Notes: generated by a model not told the origin, from the sequence alone. A stretch of 64,000 nt of DNA from Hydrolagus colliei (GCA_035084275.1 CM068758.1:2542001-2606000); one strand, 5' to 3'; shown: positions 1 through 11,659, counted from the first letter of the stretch. Numbers and translations: made by a program.

Positions 1-331
1 TCTGCATTACACAGTTCATCTCCCGTTCTGCGTGACACAGTCCATTCAAATTCTCATGGCCGAGATGGATAGATTTATATTAGGTCAGGGTATCGAGGAA
101 TATGGGGCAAAGGACGGGTAATCGAAGTAGAGGTATAGATTTGCCATCATTTTATAGAATGGTGGAACAGGCTCGAGGGGCTGAATGACCTACTGCTGTT
201 CATATGTTCCTATGTCCGCTTTCCTACTCTATGTTCCACAGACCAACTCACGATCTGTATTACACAGGCCATTTGTCTCTCTGCATTTCACAGTCCATCT
301 CCTCCTCTGTATTACACAGCCCATCTACCGG
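1..331. repeat. Degenerate 26-bp minisatellite (consensus ~TCTGTATTACACAGTCCATCTCCTCC), interrupted by a CR1-type 3' end
   Basis: Units start at 1 and 27, then at 228, 254, 280 and 306 (exact 26-bp spacing), all of the form TCTRY...CACAG.CCA. Confidence 0.75.
60..217 (+). mobile_element. CR1-clade LINE 3' end (shark HER1-like tail)
   Basis: gagatggatagattt...gaatggtggaacaggctcgaggggctgaatgacctactgctgttcatatgttcctatg matches the CR1 3'-UTR pattern I recall for cartilaginous fish. Confidence 0.75.
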
Positions 332-659
332 CCTGATTCACACACACAGTCCAGCCTGTACTCAGCACTCCACCACCTTGGCCACATCCCCCACTTCCTA
401 CCACCCCACCACCACGCCCCACCCTCCCTACCTTTCCCCTCACACCCACAACAGCCATTACACCAAGCTGTCGACAGTGTTTTACACCCTCTCCCCCAGC
501 CTTCTCCGTCACAATAAAATACTGCTGTCCAACATGGAGAAAGCAATATTTTTCCAGCTTCAGGAATTTGACGTAAGCGAAGCTGAGGTTCTGGGAAGGC
601 TCCAGAGACCGAAAACTAACCGAGCAGCACATTTTTTACACAGGTTCTGTTCGCTCCGT

Positions 660-830
660 GGCCATTTGTGCGACATTGCGGCATGCAAATTGGCTGCCGT
701 GTTCGCCTGTAAACACACAGCAGTCACTACTGCACTGTTACCGTCGAGCCCCGCGTAGGCACTTCGAGACGTGACCAGTTGCTCTATCAAATGCAAGGAT
801 TAGTATTGTTATAACTATATTATTATTATG
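660..830 (+). mobile_element. Decayed SINE 3' half (Deu-like body plus tail)
   Basis: caaattggctgccgtgttcgcc ... ctatcaaatgcaaggattagtatt, homologous to the intact SINE copies in this window. Confidence 0.75.
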
Positions 831-1020
831 AATATCGGTAGTATTATTATTGCAGGAGTAAGGTGTAACCCCCAGGGATGCTTAAGAGAGGCTGGGCAGG
901 AGATTTGTGACGCAGGCACTGAGAGATGTCTTGAGGGAGTCGATCATTGTCCACTATCGCACCATGACTTCCTAAACACAGAGCGCAGAGTGGTGAAGTG
1001 TTCTGTTTCGCAAGACCCCA

Positions 1021-1110
1021 GAGGGAGGGAGGGAGGGAGGGAGGGAGGGAGGGAGGGAAGGAGGGAGGGAGGGAGGGAAGGAGGGGGGGAGGGGGGAGGG
1101 AGGGGGTGGG
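1021..1110 (+). repeat. (GGGA)n purine microsatellite, G-quadruplex/triplex-prone
   Basis: About 15 tandem GGGA units followed by G runs. Confidence 0.95.
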
Positions 1111-1544
1111 TGGTTTGGTGACCCCATGCAGGTCTTTGGGAGACAGTAGCGTTACTCAGACCAGCACAGACATAACATGACCATTAATAGCGAAATGACC
1201 TTTCAGCCATCCCTCCTACAGTGAGAACAGAGCTCTCCGATACCCATTAAAAAAAAAAAGAGCGCGTCTGAATCCTCCTCCTTTTTTTCTCATCCAAATT
1301 GATGCTTCTATAAATTTCCCTAAATTGTCTCTCCCCGGACTTGGGTTGAGTTATTCAGCGGTGTTGTCCGTCTGCTGCCGCCGCCGCCCGGGCGGTTTTA
1401 ATTATGATGAAATATGATTAAAACAAAAAAGGCCTCGACTTGGGTCAAACAAGAGATGGGAACCCTCTTAACCCTTTCGATGATTCGAATGTCTGGGCTT
1501 GTGCCTGACAAAACACACGGGTCACTGTTGCTTCGCGGCATAAC

Positions 1545-1621
1545 CCTGCCCTGCAAAGCGATCTCAGATGTCTCGGTGACAGGATAAGGCGCTCTGTCAA
1601 ATGCAAGGATTATTATTATTA
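1545..1621 (+). mobile_element. SINE tail fragment
   Basis: aaggcgctctgtcaaatgcaaggattattattatt. Confidence 0.75.
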
Positions 1622-1740
1622 CAGTTAAGAGGAGTCATCACCTTCCGTGCTCACAAATGGAACACAGCAGTATATCACATCCATCCCAGGACAATGTTTC
1701 ATATTTCTTCCAATAAACGTAGCAAGGTCAGGGCACACAG

Positions 1741-2040
1741 AATAATGATAATAATCCTTCCGTGTGATAGAGCACCTTTCCACTCCACAAGCTCCACAGG
1801 ATTTACTGTAAATTGCGCAGACTTTGTATGTTTTCCAGGCAAACAATAAACAGTCAATTTGCGCCCGGCGAATGCCCCACAGACAGCCGTGATGTGAATG
1901 ATCTATGTTTATTTGGGGGATTGTTGGCCAGGACACCGGCTGAGAGAGAGTCTTTTGAAGGGTGCTGTGGAATTTTTAACAGAACACCAGACATCGGCAC
2001 AGCACCAACGCAGCAAAATCCCCAGCACTGTACAGTATTG
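1741..2040 (-). mobile_element. Old DeuSINE (AmnSINE1/SacSINE1-like) relic
   Basis: Tail aataatcctt plus Deu-domain core ttggccaggacaccgg...gaagggtgctgtggaattttt. Confidence 0.65.
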
Positions 2041-2754
2041 GGGTACCAGCCTAGCTTACATCAGTTCAAAGTCCCTGTTGGGCAAGCCCACAAAAGTCAC
2101 AGTTTACACCATATGTTACGTCCTGCCACCGTGAAGTGGCCATGCGGCAAAGCTTAGAAGTAGTATTACTCGAGAAATGCTTTGAGTCAATTCAATATTT
2201 CAGGCATTGTACGTATGAAATGCAAATAATATTCTTAACACCAGAACACCATATGTAAGTAGACATATGAGAGTGGCGCCAGTAATATAGACAAACAAGC
2301 AAAACAACTTTCCGAAGGTCAGGCTGGCAAATAATATACTCTGAGACCGGCTCCTCGACATCTATCAGCTGATTTGGGGGAACTCTAATTTACTTGAGGC
2401 TGATTTTCAATTTAAACCCAAGCAAAAAAAAAAAAAAAAATCGCCTGTTTAACTGACACGAAGCAAATAGAATTTCGCTCCCCAGTGTTGACACAGGCTT
2501 GAGTAACGCTCGCAGCTCGGCAGGAGTTTTTTTTTGTGGCTGGGGAGGGAATAGCGCCAGGCAAGCCAGTTCTACTCGAAGCGTTTCATAATACATCAAA
2601 CTGCCATCGGTGGCAGGCGCGAGGAACAGAAGCAGAACTGACTTATACCAGCGGGGAAATCGTACACTTCTGTAAACATACGCAAAGTCTCCTCTCCGCT
2701 CAGTCGGCTCGCTCGCTCGTGCACACGCAATGAGCTTTCTCAATTAGAGGAAAA

Positions 2755-2865
2755 CTCAATTCACTTTGCAGTATATTCAGTGAAGCGCTTTGAGACACCT
2801 CCAAGACATGATAAGCCACTACATCAAATAGACGGACTATTATTTGTTATTTATTATTATTATAA
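2755..2865 (+). mobile_element. SINE tail fragment
   Basis: caattcactttgcagtatattcagtgaagcgctttgagac...ttattatt. Confidence 0.8.
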
Positions 2866-3046
2866 CTGATTTAACTCTGTCGTGGCTGCCGCGCCTGTTA
2901 AACGGACCTCCGGGCTAAATGACAAGGTTCAAATCTGTCGTCCTAGGCAGTTGATTTATGTCCCAAGCCAATATGTTTGTGTCGTGTCAACAGAAATATA
3001 AAAAAGAGCCATTTCCCACACAGAAGCTGAATATTTTGCTAGAGAT

Positions 3047-3048
3047 TT

Positions 3049-3084
<36 letters not shown>

Positions 3085-3085
3085 C
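3047..3085. repeat. (CT)n(GT)n compound microsatellite
   Basis: Read directly from sequence. Confidence 0.95.
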
Positions 3086-3720
3086 GTCGCTCTCCTTTTT
3101 CAAGGTGAAGGCTCTCTCACAAGAACGTAGATTCAACCAAAGATGGTGGGGGGGGGGGGGGGGGATCATATTTGATAAAGACTGATAAAGTAAAATTGTG
3201 CACAAAAAGATTCCGAACACCCGAATTGAATTCTCTCAATACACAACCAGTTAACCTAGAGTTAAAGAAAAACAACCAACCCTCACCCCTACAGGCCACT
3301 TTGTGCCCCACCGAAAATATAACTCCTTCACCATACGGGCATGTTACAACCACTGAGACCTTTTCCTCAACCAAACAACCATTTTGCACACCACAAAAAC
3401 AGCTACTTTAACCCGCAGCCGTTTGACAAACTAAAAGGCAACAGCTTCACCCACTCAGTCATTTTACACGTCAGGAAACCGTGACTTCACCACCTGGTCT
3501 GGCTCATGAATCACATCTAACCTTTGTTTTGAGTTTGCTATTGTAGCTCAGGGGCAAGCAGAATTTTGTATTTGACACCTTAAAAATGGAAATGTGAAGT
3601 TCGACCATTGTGTTATTTTCAGTAACCTCCAGAACATAAATGTGTGAAGCACCAGTCATTGCCTTGCCACCGATTATCACCCTGAGTAGGATCACCTCAG
3701 ATTAAATCGATGAAATAGTG

Positions 3721-3973
3721 TGGAGACCTGTAGCTCAGTGGTTAGTTTCCTTACTCCACACCCCTATTGAGAATCCCTCAACAAAAATAATACAATTGGT
3801 CATTTCAATCCACGACTGTTTGTGGGACGCCGCTGTGCGCAATTGGCTGCTGCGTTTCGCCCAAAAATACACAGTCAATTCACTTGACACTATATTCCTT
3901 GAAGCACTTTGAGACATCTAGAAGACATGAAAAGTGCTACAGCAAAATGCAATAATTATCATTATTATTATTA
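3721..3973 (+). mobile_element. tRNA-derived SINE with internal deletion of the anticodon/B-box region
   Basis: tggagacctgtagctcagtggttag joined directly to tttccttactcc; the rest of the body and tail are intact. Confidence 0.9.
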
Positions 3974-4331
3974 GTTAAAAAGCTATTCAGATGATGGATA
4001 AATCACCACCACTATTTTCAGCAAACAAAGGTTTTTTTCTCCAATCCTACAGTTGTTAGGGAATTTAAGTTAACAAATGGGTGGACGGGGTGATTGTAAA
4101 ATCTGCTCTTGTCAATTCACCCATGCAGGTCTAGGTACATTTAGCCAGGGAAGCATAGAAACAGCTATATTCATTGAGGCTTGACGGAACGGATCAATGG
4201 CTCATTGCAGCATTACATTGAAGCAAAAGCTCCTGTTATTTTTATTGGATGCAGAATTACCCAAAATTTGGCGAATACTGCAGCGACCACCAACGGTACT
4301 GGGTGTCACAAGGAGTGAGAGCTTATCTTTG

Positions 4332-4624
4332 TGGAGATAAGCTCTGTAGCTCGGCGGTTAGAGCACTCGCCTTACAAGTGCGAGACCTGTGTTCGAATCC
4401 AGGCGAGTCATAGCCAAATAATAATTCCTCCAAAAAAAAACACAATAATAAAAACTGCTCATTTCAATCCACGACTGTTTGTGGGCGACGCTGCTGTGCG
4501 GAAATTGGCTGCCGCGTTTCGCCCACAAATATGCAGTCAATTCACTTTACAGTGTATTCTGTGAAGCGCTTTGAGACATTTGGAAGACGTGAAAAGCTCT
4601 ATATCAAATTCAAGGATTATTATT
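4332..4624 (+). mobile_element. tRNA-derived SINE, near full length
   Basis: A box tagctcggcgg, B box gttcgaatcc, body and tail. Confidence 0.92.
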
Positions 4625-5097
4625 TGTCCTACTCCTTGAAGAATTCCAACTGCTGGTCGTTTCCGGAGACACCACTGAGGAACACATCACCTGGGGACAT
4701 CCTATAATTTTTTTCGAAAGCAAGTGTGTTGACTGTGACATTTCACGCTTAGAGGTTTTTTTTGTCCTGAAAGCCATCAACAGGACAGAAAATCCCGTAA
4801 AGCCGAGGGCTCTGCTCCAAACCAGCTGTCGCTATCGATTTGGAATGACATAACACGCAGTGAGAGGAAGAGTGCTGGCAATAAACTTCTTTTTTTTTCC
4901 TTTTAGTCCCAGCGCGTAATGCGTTTCGTTGCTATTGTTTGTGGCTGGATCGCCAGCCTGGCCTGTATTGAACACTGTGCTCGGAAAAGCGAAATTTCAC
5001 AGTTTCAACACGGAAGAGCTCTGGAGGGAATACCGATCTGATGGCATAAACCACAAAGGCTAAGAGGTAACTAATGAGAGCTTGGACATTTATTGCC

Positions 5098-5457
5098 ACA
5101 GTTCCATTGCATATATTGGTAAGAGCACTTGCCTCGTAAGTGAGAGGACTTGGGCTCGAATCCCAGCCAGAGCAAAACATTAGGCAAATTTCCTTACTCC
5201 ATATGCCTCTGTTTACCCAGTAATAAGAAACCCGATTGTCAGAACGGATTGCTATTCTGTGGGTAACAGTCCTTTCTTTGAAAAAAAATGTGGTCACGTC
5301 ATACACAGCTGTTTGGGGGACACTGTTGCGTACAGTTAGCTGCTGCGTTTCGTCCGCAAAATATACACCAATTCAATTTGCAGTATCTTCCTAAAGCGCT
5401 TTGAGGTGTCTTGTTCACATGATAAGGCGCAATAAATCAAGTGCAAGGATTATTATA
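5098..5457 (+). mobile_element. Older long-form SINE with extra central segment (gcctctgtttacccag...)
   Basis: Degenerate tRNA head, then tttccttactccatatgcctctgtttacccagtaa..., Deu-like body and tail. Confidence 0.8.
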
Positions 5458-6461
5458 ATTGCCAGTCCAGTCCCAACCAAATGAAACCCACATTATCGTC
5501 CTGCTTTCCCGAGAGCCTGATTTGCAATCTCACCAGATGCCCGTCTCTTAAATATGTCTTGAAACAAATTAATGGAACGCACAGAGTCAATCGAAACATT
5601 AACAATATAATTGGACCTTTGACAGCTCATTAATACACCCAGGTCTGTGCTCGTTTGGAACTGCGCATGTCCGTAACATTTTATTTATAAGAATGTTTGA
5701 CACTTTGCAGCGATAATGTAGTAAACATAAAGGATGTACAATGAGAACAGAGGGAGGTAGTTTATTCTTGGAGTTATGAAGACCATAGAAAGTAATGACT
5801 TTATCTCTCATGAGTTATGGATAAACTAGGAGGTTCCTGGGGATCAGTTGCGCAAAGATGTAACTCAGCCGCTCGTAAACCACCCGCATCTAAGGCACTC
5901 TCTCTTGCTCTGCTGTTGTACAGCAAATTGAGACTTCAATTTGTGCAGAAATCTCATTTAAATCTCTGAGCCCACTCCTTGCGATCGGCGCCATAAAACT
6001 TGGCAGAAATGTACATTCTGGGTTCGAGTCAAATTGAGCTCCACAAGTTTTGAATCAGTGGCCCCCTCAGTTCATGAATCATTTAAAGACACTGCAGGCA
6101 AACCAACAATATTCACTCGATGTGGGCAAATTCATGCTGTCTTCCAAATGATTAATTTTATATCAGCTTTCGAATTCATTTCCACATTTTATGTCAGCTG
6201 CACCTTTAAATACAGCGCTGGGTGAATGTTTTTTCCCACAAAGTTTGCAGAAAGTAGCAAAGTATATGCCTTGGTTATCATCCCACTCCCTGTGGTACAG
6301 ATTTAGATTTTCAATCTGTTTTAGAAACCCTTGTTATCTATTTCACGAGTTCAGCAGCTTCTAGATTTGCCGCAACTAAGTTTCAGCAACACAGCGGAAA
6401 TGCAACCGGCTTTGCTTAAGTAAAAATTTTAAGCAGACAACAGAGAGGAAGGGAGTCCCTA

Positions 6462-6581
6462 CATGTCACCGATCTGAATTGTTAACTCATTCTCATCTCT
6501 CCATAGATGCTGCCTGACCTGCTGTGTGCTCCCAGCGACATTTTTTTTTAAATTTCAGATTTCCAGCATCTGCAGTATTTT
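6462..6581 (+). mobile_element. Penelope-like element terminal-repeat remnant
   Basis: gttaactc...ctccatagatgctgcctgacctgctg...tttcagatttccagcatctgcagtatttt resembles the abundant chondrichthyan Penelope-associated repeat (from recall). Confidence 0.6.
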
Positions 6582-6910
6582 AATGAGAAGAAGAATCCTT
6601 GCATTTGATCTGGCGCTTTTCATGTGTCCTAGACGTCTCAAAGCGCTTCACAGAATATACTGTAAAGTGAATTGACCGTGTATTTTGTGGGCGAAACGGG
6701 GCAGCCAATTGTGCACAGCGGCGTCCCCACAAACAGTCGTGGATTGAAATGACCAATTTTATTATTCTGTCTTTTTTTTTAGGGATGATTATTATTATTA
6801 GGCGCGTGTGTGGAGTAAGGAAACTTGCCCAAGGTTTCACCGCGACCTGCTTGGATTCGAACACAGGTCTCTAAGGCGAGTGCTCTAACCACTGAGCTGC
6901 AGGACTCCAC
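6581..6910 (-). mobile_element. tRNA-derived SINE, full length
   Basis: Reverse complement of consensus, from aatccttgcatttgat to accactgagctgcaggactcca. Confidence 0.93.
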
Positions 6911-7198
6911 TAGTTAGAGAAGAAAGAATGTGGCTTGTTCTTGGATTATATGTAGAGTTACATAAACCAACCGCATAAAAGTTATATAACGCAAGGTGTT
7001 GTTGTTGTTTATACCGAATGCTTTGCTGCCACGATTACTGTATTAAAATAACTTCTGGGTCACGGTCTTCCTACTCCACACTGCGCTTAATTATTTGAAT
7101 GTAGGTGGGCCCAAGTTACTTCTCTCCACTATCGCCTCAGCACTGGATAATTTCAAGTGAATGAACTTACTGCTGTACACCGACAGCTGATTAAGTAA

Positions 7199-7511
7199 TA
7201 ATAAATAATAATTATTACAATGATAATAACTCTTGCATTTGACATAGCGCTTTTCACATCTTATCGACGTCTCACAGCGCTTCGCAGAATATACTGTAAA
7301 GTGATTGGACTGGATATTTGTGGGCGAATCGCGGCAGCCAATTGTCCCCACAAACAATCCTGGATTGAAATGACCAATTTTTTTTTAAGGATTATTATAA
7401 GGCGTGTGGAGTAAGTAAGGAAACTTGTCCAAGATGTCACCCGGTCTGGAATCGAACCCAGGTCTCTCGCTTGTGGGTTGAGAGCTCTAACCGCTGAGCT
7501 ACAGCACTCCA
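7199..7511 (-). mobile_element. tRNA-derived SINE, full length
   Basis: Tail, body and A/B boxes on the minus strand. Confidence 0.92.
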
Positions 7512-8077
7512 CACAAAGGCGCTACATCACATACCAGAACTACTATCATTATTATTGTCTTCTCTTTGGAAAGCACAACGGTGTCGAGTTCCGTTTGGTT
7601 TGTTCGACCGATTTGCTCAAAGGCCAAGTGCTGTTTCGAGAGAATTTGATCCGACGGGAAGTTACTCAACTCGGGTGTGGAGTTTAACTTGGAAACTCGA
7701 CAGGGGGATAAGAACGCAAGTCGAGGAGAATTCCTTTCAGTGGCTTGATTCCCGAAAGGGCCTCTCTCAGCGTGCAAATATTGCTTTTGATAGCAAAACG
7801 ACCGAATGCGGTTAAGAATCCGCTCACACAAAGTGATCAATATTGACCAACGACGGAGTCACACACTCAATCTCTGTCCTGCCACACTGTTTGACCTTGA
7901 TCATGCATCCGTGTGGCCATCAATAACTCAGCTGCAATGAACCTACAGTTCATCACTATTCTTCGGGCCACGGCAAAACAAAGATCTCATTCTTGTTCCC
8001 CTCCTAAGATGGAACGCGCTTTGAAACCATCTTCGCATTTCAGAGGGTATTAACGATATTTACCTTTTTTAACACAT

Positions 8078-8180
8078 AATAATAATCCTTGCATTTTGAT
8101 GTCGCACTTTTCACATCTTCTAGACGTCTCAAAGCGCTACACAGAATATACCGTAAAGTGAATTGACAGTATATATGTGG
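8078..8180 (-). mobile_element. SINE tail fragment
   Basis: aataataatccttgcattttgat...acgtctcaaagcgc. Confidence 0.85.
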
Positions 8181-8932
8181 CCCGGTTGAATTATTAATGC
8201 AGTATGGTCAGTGAGGCATAAATCTAATGCGATCTCGTACTCTTAGACAAAAAAAAAAGCATCAACAGTGTCAACTGTGTGCAAGCTTACACAGTCATCT
8301 GTTAAAAATCACTATTTCAGCAACGCAAGGCCGGAGGAAGAAAAAGCACATTTTTCTTTTGGGTTTAAACAGTCCGCCTCTCTCAGGGCTGGATTATTGG
8401 GAGCAAACTTGTTAACTTTATACCGCTCTCTCTAATTTGCCAGTATCCGTGCACGATGATCAAAGGAAAAACAGGAGCCCATTAGGTATGTGCTTTGTTT
8501 ATTAATACACATCTAAATATTCCCGTTTGGCCTCCAACCGTAAAAAGCACTTACATTAACAATACTCAGATGTAAAAAGGGAATAGTAATGTCAATCTGT
8601 CCGTGGAACAAAGCAGTTATTCCGGTACTCGCATTCTTATTCAGATACCATGCTACCTTATTACCAAACATGCTGTTACCAAATCACAGCGAATCTTAAG
8701 CGTCGTGGGTCAACAGTTGGGTCCGTGCCAGCACGTTTGCATTGGAATGTGAAACAATGGCGTCAGTCCTGAAATTGCCCCTTGTGACTTCTATTGTGAA
8801 TCTGTGGTAGTGAGCTGATGCAGTGTTCAATTGATCACAGAGCAGTAAGAAATGAAGGAACATTAATATACCTCATAGACGCAGGCTTCCAAAGGTAAAG
8901 CAATGCGAGAGTTTGCCCTGAACAGGACTTTG

Positions 8933-9243
8933 TGGAGTCCTGCGGCTCAGTGGTTAGAGCGCTCGCCTTACCTGTGTTCGAATCCAGGCAGGTCAGGGTG
9001 AAACCTTGGGCAAGTTTCCTTACTCCACACACACGCCTAATAATAATCCTCCCCAAAAATTGATGATTTCAATCCACGACTGTTTGTGGTACACTGCTGT
9101 GTGCAATTGGCTGCCGCATTTCGCCCATAAATATACAGTCAATTCAATTGACAGTATATACTGTGAAGCGCTTTGAGACGTCTAGAAGAAATGAAAAGCG
9201 CTATATCAAATGCAAGGATTCTACAGTATTATACTTATTAATA
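8933..9243 (+). mobile_element. tRNA-derived SINE, near full length
   Basis: tggagtcctgcggctcagtggttagagc...gttcgaatcc...caaatgcaaggatt. Confidence 0.92.
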
Positions 9244-10230
9244 ACTTGGTTAACATACGTGGGAGAAATAAGCAAGAATCAACCTCCTTTGGTTTAGAAA
9301 CCCTCCCTCACGTGTCAATAATAATATTTTTTTACAAAGGATTCTCCAGAAAAGGTCCATGATCTAGTCTTATGGTAGCATCCAAAGGCATTTGAACTTG
9401 ACAATCCTTTATCACCACCTTTCAACGCTGATGTATCTCAAACAAAAATCCAGATTGGTCTTTCTGGCAATAACTCTTGACGTTTCAATGCTATTTATTC
9501 TTTACTTTGCCATCTTCATTTCGAGTAGAGCGGACTCGATCTGAGGAGAGTTTGAAATTTTCGGCTTTGCTTGCGCTGTCAGCTGTTACCAAACACTGTT
9601 CTGTAATTGTTTTTGCTCAAGAAAGCTCAAACGTAATCCAATAAATCTGCTTTGAAATGCGCGGCTGCTTCCGAGGGCTTTGTAATGTAAATGAAATACC
9701 TTTGGGTGGTAAACACAGCAATCCGCATTGTTGCTTCTTTTTTTTAATGATTTTGTTTGTCTAGAAATGGGACGCTTGACAACATGAAAAAGCAGATTCG
9801 GAATTATTTATAATAACATTAAAAGGGAAGAGCAAAGCTTGAGATGAAGGCGAGAGAAAACTGCGGAAACACGGTGTTTTTAAATAGGTGACGTGAGGGA
9901 TCACTTTTGGCTTTGCCGAGGCATCTACTGACAAGAGAGCCAGAGTTCTTCAGGAGGACGATTTTAAAATAGTCACTTAAAACGAGAATAACATGAAAAG
10001 GCTGGGGATTTGTTTAGCTGTTGGATAAGCAAAGCTTTATTCAACAAATCACACTGAATCAATGTGTACTGTACACTTTGTTCATTCAATACTAGAATAA
10101 TGCGGTGGTAGAGTTCAGACTTGGAGTTAAGTATATTAATCACGTTTACGTACTTACTTATATCAAAGTATAATAAAACAAAGGTTGCGTCATGCTCTGT
10201 GGTGCTCTTCATTATATATATATTAATTAT

Positions 10231-10405
10231 CACGTAGTCGAGACGTCTCAAAGCTCGTCGCGGAATGTACCATAAAGTGTATTGACTGTATTTTATTTTG
10301 TGGACGAAACGTGACAGCTAGTTTGTGTACAGCAGTGTCCAACAAACGGTCATGGATTGGGTGACAAAATTATTCCAAGTATATTTTTGGAGGGTTTATT
10401 ACCCG
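10231..10405 (-). mobile_element. Older SINE 3' half
   Basis: gagacgtctcaaagc...cagcagtgtccaacaaac...ggagggtttattacccg. Confidence 0.75.
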
Positions 10406-10415
10406 TCGGAGACAT

Positions 10416-10535
10416 GATGGAGAAGGGAATAGAGGTTGTGTGTGAGTACAGGCAAGGAGAGGTGGAACGTCATGTGGAGTATAAACCCTGCTCAGCTTGG
10501 ATGGACTGAATGATCTGTTTCTGTGCTGTAAAATG
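10416..10535 (+). mobile_element. CR1-type LINE 3' end, decayed
   Basis: catgtggagtataaac...ggactgaatgatctgtttctgtgctgtaaaat. Confidence 0.6.
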
Positions 10536-10540
10536 GAGCA

Positions 10541-10861
10541 GAGCTCCTGTAGCTCAGTGGTTTAGAGCACTCGCCTTTCAAGCGTGAGACCTGTGTGTTC
10601 GAATCCAAGCAGGTCAAGGCGAAACCTTGGGCAAGTTTCCTTACTCCAAGTGGCTAATAATAATCCCTCCAAAAAGAAACACAGAATAATAAAATTGATC
10701 ATTTCAATCCATGACTGCTTGTGGGGACCACTGCCGTACGCAATTGGCTGCCGCGTTTCGCCCACAAGTATACAGTCAGTTCACTTTACAGTAGATTCCG
10801 TGAAGTGCTTTGAGATGTCGATAAGACTCTATATTAAACGCAAGGATTATTATTTATATTA
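10541..10861 (+). mobile_element. tRNA-derived SINE, full length
   Basis: gagctcctgtagctcagtgg...gttcgaatcc...gcaaggattattatt. Confidence 0.93.
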
Positions 10862-11490
10862 TAAGTAACCTGCATTCCTAAAGATGCTTTCCTGCCTGCC
10901 AAATGAAACCCTAATTGAAAACAACCTTGTGAACCTTGTGAACTAGTTAAGGCGACACAGTGATGACAGATGCGATTGACTAGAACATTATGTGACCTGT
11001 TATTGTTCATTTTATCTCCTTTGCTCATTCGGCTCGTTGTGGGGAGGCAAATATGTATGATTAAAGGGATACTGGATGCTTAAGGGAACACAGCACGTCT
11101 CACCCAAAATGCTACATAATTAATTTGGTGAATCTAACATCACAAAACAATATTTCTGGAAGATTTGCAAATATCCACTTGTCCCATGGGAGTCATTAAC
11201 AAATGTCTGTGATAATCTGCTGAGAAATTTACGAATGGGATATTTAGATTTTTTTTTAACAGATTATCTCTTATTAGTTTATAACGCTAATGAGAGATAA
11301 TCAGTGAAGAAAAATTAAATGTTTTATAAATCCATTTAATTAAACTGCTATATATTGGCACACACAAACCCAGCGCTGGAACGCAATGCTTCTAATTCTT
11401 GTCACATTTACCCTTTCCATGGTCAAGGAACGCACCCATAAAAAGGAGAAATAAGATTTAAGGAAATATATAAGTTTGCATTCAAACCCC

Positions 11491-11633
11491 AAGTTAGATA
11501 GATATTTGGGGAAGGTCAAATTTGCAGAGCTATGGGGAAAGAATAGGGCTGTGGGATTAATTCGGACAGTTCTTTCAAAGAGCTAGCAACAGACTCAATG
11601 GCCTCCTTGTGTGCGGTATAATTCTCTGATTCT
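11491..11633 (+). mobile_element. CR1-type LINE 3' end, decayed
   Basis: ttagatagatatttg...tttgcagagctatggggaaag...ctttcaaagagctagc...aatggcctcctt...tctgattct. Confidence 0.65.
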
Positions 11634-11659
11634 AAATCAGGATTTTGAGCTCATAGCCT

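Noticed and set aside
185-758. His/Pro/Thr-rich ORFs
   Set aside because: Arise from the minisatellite, a C-rich low-complexity tract and a SINE fragment
828-1180. Gly/Arg/Glu-repeat ORFs
   Set aside because: Translation of the (GGGA)n microsatellite
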